This document shows, piece after piece, positions 22,741 through 32,500 of a stretch of 40,470 nucleotides of DNA. The number at the start of each line of letters is the position of its first letter. Positions within the stretch are counted from its first letter, which is position 1. The stretch spans positions 1 to 40,470 of the forward strand of contig NIVC01003737.1 of the NCBI GenBank assembly GCA_002269645.1. The letters are read 5' to 3'. Made by a program: the position numbers and the translations under genes. The notes under the pieces were generated by a model. The model saw nothing but the letters and a program-made list of their open reading frames with translations, did not search any database and had not been told where the DNA came from. The stretch comes from Macrostomum lignano. Taxonomy: Eukaryota.

Positions 22741-25700
22741 CAACCAGTCGTAGAGGTGTCCTGCTCAGCCACTGGTGCCAACATGCTGGTAAACTGTCGC
22801 ATCCTGCCAATGTGTGTCCCTGCCAGCTGTCTAGTTGACACTGGGTGTTCCCAGTCTTTGATGTCAAGTTCCCTGTTTCGCAAGCTGAATGAGAGGCTCC
22901 TGCCTTTGACGACTCCGGTGCAGTTGAAGCTGGCAGACGGTAACTATTTGGCTGCCTGTGGTTGGCAGGAAGTGCAGCTAAGTTTCGGTGTGGCAACGGT
23001 TCGACAAAGAGTTTTAGTTGTCGACAATCTGGCCAAGGATTTTTTGCTGGGTGCAGATTTCCTGGCAAACTGTGGCTGCGTCATCGACTGCAATCGCCAA
23101 ACGCTCACTGTGTGCGGTCAGCAAGTAAAAATGGAGTCATCGGCAGCCAGCACCTGTGTATTCGCCGTTGAGGTAGCAGACAGGACAACCGTGCCCGCTG
23201 GTCACGAAATCGTCTTCCCAGCGAGATTGGCAAGTGAGTCAGATGCAGCTGTTGATGGTGAGTGCGGCATTTTTGAGCCTGACAATTCGAAGGACATCTC
23301 CACGGTCATGTGTGGAGCGCGCAGCCTCTCGGTGTTGCGAGGAGGACTCATCGCTGTTCACTATGTCAATACGGACACCAAGCCGCATACATTTTACCCC
23401 GGAACAAGACTGGGGACTTTTGAGCCGATGTCAGATGGTGCCGATGCAGAGTTGTCAATGCAAGTTGAGACAGTGAAAGGTCAAATCGCCGAGTATGTAC
23501 CAAATGTGCACATTGATGAGAAAAATCTTACAGCCAATCAAGTTCAGTGTGTCAAAGATCTTCTGCATCAGTACCAGGATGTGTTCTCGAAAAGTCCAAA
23601 CGACCTGGGCTGCACTTCACTCCTTGACCACAAAATTGACACCGGGTCGGCGAAACCTATCAGAGTGCCTCCTCGTAGATTGTCGCCGCCGAACCAGCGA
23701 GCTGTGTCAGATATGGTCGAGCAGATGGTGAGAGACGACATCGTAGAGCCTTCGAATTCTCCGTGGTCGAGCCCGGTCATTCTGGTGAAGAAGAAGGACG
23801 GCAGTTTGCGCTTCGTGAACGACTTCAGACTGCTCAACTCCGTGACCGTCAAAGACAGTCATCCACTGCCTCACACCAGCGATCTGATCGATGCTCTCGC
23901 AGGATCCACAATGTTCTCAACGCTCGACTTCACTAGCGGGTACACCCAGGTGATGCTGGACTCAGAGAGTCGCGCAAAAACAGCATTTCCTGCGCCACAA
24001 GGATTATTCCAGTACAAGAGACTACCGCAAGGTGTGTGCAATGGTCCTGCCACGTTTTCAAGGCTGATGGAACTCGTTCTGAAGGGCCTCCGATGGGAAG
24101 TGTGCCTGTCATTTTTGACGACGTTGTCATCTTTTCGAAAGGATTCGAGGAGCATCTGCGGCGTCTTGAGCTTGTGTTGCAGAAATTCAGAACCGCTAAC
24201 CTGAAGTTGAAGCCGACCAAGTGCCACTTGTGCTATCAGGAGATCTCATTTCTTGGCTTTCGAATCTCAAAAGATGGCGTGACCACTGACCCGGACAAGG
24301 TGAAAGCAGTACAGGAGTGGCCAACGCCCGAAGATCGTTCAGAAGTGCGACAATTCCTGGGGTTATGTGGCTACTATCGTCATTTCGTTAAAAACTACAG
24401 TGAGATTGCTGAACCGCTGTACAAGCTAACGCAAAAGGACGTGACCTTCAGCTGGACTTTCGAATGCTCAGCAGCATTTAATCGCCTAAAGCAGTGCCTT
24501 ACTTCCAGCCCAGTCCTCATCATGCCGACATTCGCAGAAGACGCTGAGTTCGTGCTAGATACCGATGCTTCTGGCGTGGCCATCTCCGGAGTTCTTCAAG
24601 AGCGCCGTGGTGGCAGGACGCAGGTGGTGGCGTACGGCAGTCGCATTCTGTCCAAAGCAGAGAGAAATTACTGCACAACGAGGCGTGAGCTGCTGGCAAT
24701 TGTGCACTTCGTCGGTCACTATCGCAGCTACTTGTTAGGAAAAAGATTCACACTACGTACTGATCACGCCTCGCTGATCCATCTTCTGCGCTTTCGAGAT
24801 CCCGATGGTCAGCTGGCACGGTGGCTGGATAAGCTAAGCGAATTCGACTACCAGACGGAGTATCGCAAGGGCGAGAAACATGGAAATGCAGACGCACTTA
24901 GTCGGCGACCGTGTCGAAAAGGACCTTGCCTGTGCAGTGGCTCTGCGCTCGCTGTCGAGTTCAATGACGACAGCGCGATTCGACGAGCACAGGCAGAGGA
25001 TCGGTGCATGCAGAAGCTGGCGAACTGCTTGCGAGATGGTCAACCACCGGATAAGGCAGAGACGGACGGCTGGAGCAATCGGCAGCGGCAACTGCTGTCC
25101 GAGTTTAAGCGGCTGACACTGGTGAACGGACTGCTGTGCCGCCGATGGGAATCCGAAGATGGCAGCGCCTTTTGTCAGCAGCTGCTGGTGCCAGAGAGTC
25201 TACAGCGCGATGTTTTTGTCGAAGCTCATGCTGGAACGAGCGGCAGCCACTGCGGACCGCAGAAGACCATTGAAAAGATCAGGGCGCGACTCTACTGGCC
25301 TGGAATGACAGCAGATGTGACTGACTGGTGTGCTGCGTGCCTCGAATGCGCGACACTGAAAGATTCTGGCCAGCACAGGCGGGCACCTCTACAGAGCATG
25401 GCGGTCGGCAGCGTTGGCCAGCGACTGGAAATGGACTTCATGGTGGGCCTGCCGAGGACCGATCGTGGAAATTCAGTCATTCTGGTAGTCATCGACACCT
25501 TCAGCAAGTGGACTGAGGCCTTTCCACTGCCGTCTCAAGACGCTGAGACCACAGCCCGGACGTTTGTCAACGAGTGGGTGGCTCGCTTTGGAGTCCCGCA
25601 GTCGGTGCACACCGACCAGGGTCGGAACTGGGAGTCACAGCTGTTTCAAGAGACGATGCGGCTGCTGAAAATCGACAAGACTCGGACGACAGGCTACCAC

Positions 25701-26536
25701 CCTGAAGGAGACGGCGGTTGCGAACGGATGAACCGGACACTGGTGCAGCTGCTGCGAGCATGGGTGAACGAGAATCAGCGAGACTGGGATCTTCATCTGC
25801 AGATTGCACTGATGGGCTACCGCACTTCAGTCCACAAGTCGACTGGTCAGACACCTTCGGCGATGCATTTCGGCCGGGAACTGCGACTACCACTGGACTT
25901 GGCATACGGAGGTCTGGCGCCGGATAGGCAACGTCCTTGTGAATGGGTGGCCGAGCTGCGGAGCCGGCTGCAGAAATCGCACGAGAGGGCGCGACAAAAC
26001 TTGGAGGCAGCGCAACTGCACCAGAAGGCAGCGTACGACAGGAGGTGCCACGGCGAGGCATTCAGCGAGAACGATCTGGTCTGGCTGCACAATCCGGCGC
26101 TGAAGCGAGGCGAGAGCCGAAAAAAATTCATCGATGGTGGACTGGGCCATGGCGCGTTAAAAAGCAGATCTCAGATGTCACCTACCGCATTCAGCACGAG
26201 GCCAATGCACGACGGCGAAGGGTGGTGCATTTCAATTGCCTGAAGCCATGCAACACGGCCAGTCCAGCTGCAGCACCTCAATTGCAACCAGCGGCGCAAC
26301 TGCACAGTCCTGACGAGGACGACCTGAGATTTGACGGCGTCCCAGCCGGCGCCCCAGCCGGCGCCCCAGCCGGCGCCCCAGCCGGCGCCCCAGCCGGCGC
26401 CCCAGCCGGCGCCCCAGTCGGCGCTCCGGTCGGCGCCCCTGCTGATGTTCCAGAGCATCCAGAACAGCCTGTATTGCGCCGAAGTGAGAGGGCCCGTGCC
26501 CCGCCAGAATTTTTTGGTGAAGTGTATACTCATTGA
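22681..26536 (+). CDS. pol: Retrotransposon Pol (protease, RT, RNase H, integrase), with two single-base frame breaks at about 24117 and 26120-26126
   Basis: PR LVDTGCS (DTG 22837-22845); RT FSTLDFTSGYTQ, KTAF, LPQGVCNGPATF, [FL]DD; RH LDTDASG, RRELLAIV, LRTDH; IN HHCC zinc finger (AH..HCG..C..C) and D-D-E core (MDF, HTDQG, ERMNRTL); after the second shift HRWWTGPWRV and LRRSERARAPP up to TGA at 26536. Confidence 0.95.
26336..26443 (+). repeat. 12-bp coding minisatellite x9 (GGCGCCCCAGCC) encoding (GAPA)n in the integrase tail
   Basis: Five perfect units 26348-26407 flanked by variant units. Confidence 0.95.
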
Positions 26537-26718
26537 ATGCAGATTTTCTTAGATAGTTTTTTTTTTTAAACATTGACATTGCTTAAGTTCATTTTAATTT
26601 CCACTTTTATTTCCTCAAATATTTATTCGTTCAAATATTCGATCACAATTCGTCGAACTCATACTCGTAACTTTTTTTAACACAACGAAAAATGCAGAAA
26701 GTGAGTGGAACACTTTTT

Positions 26719-26731
26719 GAAAGAAGGAGAG
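26719..26731 (+). promoter_or_regulatory. Polypurine tract
   Basis: GAAAGAAGGAGAG ends 3 nt before the 3' LTR. Confidence 0.9.
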
Positions 26732-26734
26732 CAT

Positions 26735-26899
26735 TGTAAGATGGTTTGCTTAGTTGATTACGTGTGCGCACGTTCACTAGCTCTTATGTACATTTGCTCG
26801 CTGTACAATGATAATATATAAGTGAATGCCTTGGCGCCCTGGGCAGCCAAGAGTCGGTCTACGCCTTAAGCCAATTTCTCGTTTTCGCTTGTTCTTACA
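26735..26899 (+). repeat. 3' LTR (165 bp)
   Basis: 164/165 identical to the 5' LTR. Confidence 0.98.
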
Positions 26900-29580
26900 G
26901 GTGTAATCAGTTATTTTTTATTACTAATACTGTATTATTATTGGTAAAATAATAATCAGGATGCGTTGAGAAACGCTCTATGGAGTACTGATTGAGATAA
27001 AAGAACCCCTGGGGTATGCAAGTTTATCAAAGAACGCATCAAAAAAATCCACCCTGTTTTTTGAGCTGTGAAGATAATATTAACAAATAAGCATCTTCTT
27101 CGCATAGAATTAAAAAACAGCAAAGCTCGAAATCAACTGAATCGGCTAAAGTCTGTCTTTCATGCCGTGACGTCCGCACTCGAGCACCTGAGAGAATCGG
27201 GGAAGAGAGCTAACGTAGCAGAGAAGGAAAAGCAATTGATACAGAGCGCGATGCCAGATAGCAAGAAAAATACGGGCTCAGGTGTTCCCCTTAGCATCGC
27301 TACTATGAGATTAGAGGGGGGCAAAACAGCATCCCACTCATCAATGATTCACACTTAGGAGCCCCCTTGATGTTAGCAAACCTTGAGCTTCTATAGTCCC
27401 ACTCTGACAGCGTCACTAGCCCCCAGACTCTTGTGCATAGTTGATCTCGTTTCTGTGAGGCGTCGTCAAAAATTCCGTCTGCATGGCTTCAAAACGAAGA
27501 TTGGTTAATATTTCAAGTCTGTAAATTTCTATATACCATCGCATGAAATATTCAATATGACTTTCATTCGGTTAATAGGTTTCGAAAGCTGAATGAACCA
27601 TCGAAAGCTTGTTGCCGGTTGATATTTATGAACGTGTAAAGCTTTCGATTGAAAGTACATTACCAGACTTCGCGAAATCGTCTCCAAAGGACTAAACGGT
27701 CAAAACATGTTTATACCAAATTCTCTCGACTCTTGGGGATAGCATGCGAAGCTTTTTTCAGAAAGAAAAACGCTGAAGATGGAGTATCAACTATCAACTT
27801 CATCGAACTCGAACGGGCTTCACGTCACGATTCACGAAGCTAAGTTGCATAATAAAAATATCGAATTTATAACGCGCAAGGATACACTTTTTTGATATAG
27901 TATAATTTAGTAATTTATTCTAACTACTGTCGCTACATGTAAATATACACATAAGTAGTATATAGAGTATAGACCTCTGCGTGGACTCCGGAGTCCGGAG
28001 GGATCAGGGGCGGTTTGACTGTTAATCTTGCTTTTCTGACCAGAAACTAGCATTAGCAGACAGAGCAAAGCGAACTAATCGTTTTCGTTTCAGTTTACTG
28101 AGTTTAGTTTAGTTCGTGCTTGGCTGATTTTAACTCCGCAAACCCCCCACCCCCTCCCTCTATAAGGGTGACAAACTCCAGCAGTTAGCACTGGAAACCC
28201 CCACTGAGAGTGTCGACCATTCACTTATCAGTTTTGCCCGCGGGCTTGGCGGGTGGGGGGGGGGTTGTGCGTTATTTGGGCCAGAGTGTACATTTCCCCA
28301 CTCACCCCCTCAGCTAGCTCAATGTACACCCCCTCCCTTCTCTTCCTCATTAGCGGACAGTTTCTAGTTCTCTCGCTCGTTCAGAATTAGAGGCGCGATC
28401 AGATTAAGGTCGTATATTGTAAGCAATTGGCTGAGGCCACTGGGGCGTGTCAAGCCACCAATTTCATTGTCCAACAACCCCTTACCGCTCTTGAGTCCCG
28501 AGCCCAATAATGCACTCACTTTTTGGAGTACTGTACAAAAATGAGCAAGAAGGACAGAAAAAATTCAATCACGAGGAGGAACTTATAAGGTAGCGCAAGT
28601 GCTTAGGAAATAATGACACTTGCTTGAGTAGCTTTTCTTTTCTGTCTTCCAGAAGAAAACACGATTTGGTAAATGAGACAGATTCGAATCCAGACAAAAC
28701 AGTTTCCACATCAATCTTAAATGCCTTAGCAGTTGAGTTTTTCGACGCGAGTTATTAAATTTTCGTCCTCCCGGAGGCATTGCAACTACAGCCCAGGACT
28801 TTCTTACCAGCCCTCGGGGCTTTGGTGGGAATTCGAAGACAGGCCGTCATTTTCTGTACTCGCTCCGCTCAATCAACAGAAATTTCCTGTATGCTCGACA
28901 GTCGAAACCAGGCAAGCGCAATTCAGTATTCACTATTAGCCCAATACATTTCCCAACTAAAGCTGTGATAGACGAGTATTCCAGAGACAGTCACTGGCAC
29001 TAGGCGATTGGCTGTATTGGAACAGACAGTCCCGCTTCTGTCATTCTATCATTCCTGTTAGCTCACTCGATGCAACTCCCCATCCTCTTCCCAGTTTCTC
29101 TTTCCATCTCTCTGCCCCTCGCCTCCGCTATCCGTCTGCCCTACCCTGCAGTTTCCCAAGCCCACTAAGTGCAGTTGGCTGGGGAAGCTCAGCCTTGCCC
29201 TCCCGGTCTCCCCCATCTCGCTCTTTCTCTACCGCACCTAGGCCGTTCCTCTGCTCCAACCAAGTCCTCACTGGACCTGGGAGGCCCCAATCCGCTTCTC
29301 AGTGCCCCACTCTTCCCTTATCCCTTCATACGTCTGCCGCTAAAGCCAAAGAGGGCTGTAGCTCCCTCTCCAATCGCAGACGGAATATAAATTTATGAAA
29401 AAAATACTGCACTCATTTCTATAAGGAGGGGTAGTCGAGACAGACGAATAACTAAAGGTGGTGTAGCATTGAAGACAATAGTTATTTATTATTCCAAAAG
29501 GACACTGATCTTATTACTCATTGACTCAACTTTTCAGACTCGCCTAAAGCCGCTTGCACTAGACAAACAACTTTAGTGAC

Positions 29581-32500
29581 ATGGCTAAGCTACTACAGAG
29601 GGTCGTGTCCGACGCGGCTACTCGCGTGTCGCAGGCTCGAGGCAGACCTGTCCCCGAGATGCAGCGAGCTGACACTGAGCCAGAATCGTCTGGCCTCTTA
29701 GACAACAAGCTGCCTCAGCAGACTCAACAGCAGCAGCAACAGCAGCAGCAGCAAACAGGCAATAACGGTTCAGAGTACCGCGAGATGCTTCTCCGTCAGG
29801 TGAAACGCGAAGTCAAACAGCTAATGGAAGAATCGGTCACTAAGAAATTTATTCACGAAGAGAGTTCCATAATTACAACTCTGTGTGGTAAGTACTTGTA
29901 ATTTGTCGTGTCAGACTGCTCATAATTGAAAAATTTGAGCATAAATTCATGCTTGTTTTAGCAGGTAAAAACCGTACAGAAAGTTTAAATTTATGCATCA
30001 AGCTGAATTTCTGAATTTCGTGGCCTTAAGCTGATCACAAAGGTACTTAGGGATTAGAAGCATTAGTACAGTGTGTTTACGGTTAAACCTACTGTGTAAC
30101 AACCGATTTTTCTGGGATTCAATTATGTAAAAAAACTCTTTAAAACAGCAAGCGTTGAGAACTGCATCCTGTACGGCCTGAAGCGAACTAGTGTGTCAGT
30201 ATTTCGCGATAATCTCTCGTACCGACTGCTGCAGAAGATTGCTAAGGACTGTCCGGCGGCTAAGTCCGTGTTAGACCGGATGTCCGCAGCGGAATCGGAC
30301 AGCGGCAGCACCGGCCTGCCCTCTCTGGGCGGATCGAGTGGCATTGTCGTTGGAAAAGACGCCGGGAAAAAACCGTCGCAAATTGTAAAGTACCAGTGGA
30401 TTCGTGTGGCCCTACTAGAGAAGCTGCTCATTGATATTGTTGAATATCTGGTTCAGCGCTGCAAGCAGTTCTACGAGGCCGATAGCATCATTGCTGATCC
30501 TAGCGACGGGCCTCTTCTAGCTTCGCTTATTGGTGAGTCGCTCAGGGTAAAGCCAAGGACCGCTAGAAGTAGATAGACGACAGACGCTTCGTTTCTAAAG
30601 CACAAATCATGGCATTACATATATTTACTGCTTAATTTGAGGCTTGTGTGTTATCAAACTTAAGGTATGCATGCGATACTATGTACTATATATTGAGAGA
30701 ATATAATCCTAAATTAAAGTAAGTCACTTTCGTTACATACTAGCTCGTACATACGCTCTATCACAGCTGGGTAAATTGATACAGATAGCGATAGGAGCGT
30801 TTGCTTGAGGCTATTACATTAGATTACTATATACGAGCGTACGAGTACCTTACCTCACTTGTGGCAATGTACGAGTACGTCATGGTAAATTATCCATTGG
30901 AAGTGTTGCTTCACTGTGAGCTTCATTGCTACAGAAGGATTAATGATGATATTCAGATCTTTTGCCAACTTAATGGGTTGTGATACAAAGCGTCAATCCT
31001 TGTAGTATCCATGGAGCCCTATTTTCGAGCCCAATATCCTTAATATCCTTGAATATCCTGGACCAAGTCCCAGTCCAGGCTCCTATCCCTCGATCCTAAT
31101 CCCGATCCCAGTCCCGGCTCGCATCCCTGGATCCCGATCCCCGATCCCAGTCCGACCTCCCATCTCTGGATCCCGATCCCCGATCGTAATCCTCCTCCCA
31201 ACCCTGGGTCACGAATCCCGATCCCCGATTCTAATCCCGGCTCCCATCCCTAGATCTCGATCCCCGATCCCGCCTCCCATCCCTGGGTCACGAATCCCGA
31301 TCCCCGGTCCCAGTCCGGCTCCCATCCCTGGATCTTGATCCCCGATCCTAATCCCGGCTCCCATCCCTAGATCTCGATCTCGATCCTAATCCCGGCTCCC
31401 TTCCCTAGATCCCGATCCTTGATCCCAGTCCCGACTCCCATCCCTGAATCCCGATCCCCGATCCCAGTCCCGGCTCCCATCCCTGGGTCCCGATCCCAGT
31501 CCCGGCTCCCATCCCTGGGTCCCGATCCCAGTCCCGGCTCCCATCCCTGGGTCCCGATCCCAGGTCCCAATTTCGATTCCGGGATCCTATCTCTGGATGC
31601 CCATCCCGGATCCCAATCCAGAGTCCTCGTATCGGATGCCCGCTATAGATGCATTTCGATTCCGAAGTGGTCATTGCCTTTATTAGCTTTATCACAGGTT
31701 TAAGCTTTCATCCCATACGGAGTTCTCTCTCCGCATTCACGTAACCAAAAATCGTTTTTGTGAATACAAAACCTCTTAAAAAAATTTAAAACCCCTGAAT
31801 TCAATCTATACTTCTCCGTCTTCCCCCATATATTTAAATCCACTTGACTTACTTGTGGGTTGTGGTTTTACCTCAGTCAAGAGGAATGATGGCAGAGTTC
31901 TCGTCCAGGGATCAAATATCCTATTTACTCATCCGCCTAATCTGATGCCATACTGAGCTTTGGAAATCTTGCGACCTCTGCAGCCGGATGCGCTCGCATC
32001 TATGATTGGCAGCCAGCCAATATTGATTTTGCCAGATGGATAGAATCTGCATTTTACATAGAAAAGATTTTTCATTTAATTTTAGTCTAAGGGTCCACGT
32101 CGTAAATTAGATGAAAATTCTCTTTTCACCATTTTAGACACCTTTGCCTTTTTTGTCTAAAGATTTATTGTACGAACAGGAAATTGGAAGCTCAGGTACT
32201 TAAGGTGCTTAACCAACGCAGGTACTTTAGTTATGGTCCATTGGATTTCAGTCAGGAAAATCGATCCCCTCCAAAAAAATAAGAAGACAAAAATGTAATG
32301 TAAAACGGAGAAGAAGAGGGAAAGGAAGAGGAAGAGCGCACAAACAGAAGAGGCAAAAAACAATTGGACTATCTTGCATTTTTTGTTTAAACTAGGTCAC
32401 ATGGCCGGTGTCAATTGTGGAGGTTGCTCACGTATTGTTTCTGTTTCAGATAATTCAACTTTGGAAAACCCAGCTGATAGTGTAACTAACTATCCAGCCA

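Larger units (their letters stand above)
21704..26899 (+). mobile_element. Full-length Ty3/gypsy LTR retrotransposon (5196 bp), recent insertion
   Basis: Two 165-bp LTRs (TGTAAGA...TCTTACA) differing at one site, 4-bp TSD GGTG (21700-21703 / 26900-26903), PBS, PPT, gag and pol in PR-RT-RH-IN order. Confidence 0.98.

Noticed and set aside
22563-26579. Antisense and alternative-frame ORFs within the retrotransposon
   Set aside because: Expected by-products of GC-rich coding sequence and the 12-bp repeat; no independent motifs.
27068-27358. 96-aa ORF downstream of the retrotransposon (env-like?)
   Set aside because: It lies outside the 3' LTR and TSD, has a GTG start and no TM or recognisable motif.
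31065-31703. CRISPR-like array, or the Pro/Gly-rich ORFs listed in the track
   Set aside because: The repeats are contiguous with no unique spacers, there are no cas genes and the context is a eukaryotic intron; the ORFs are translations of the minisatellite.
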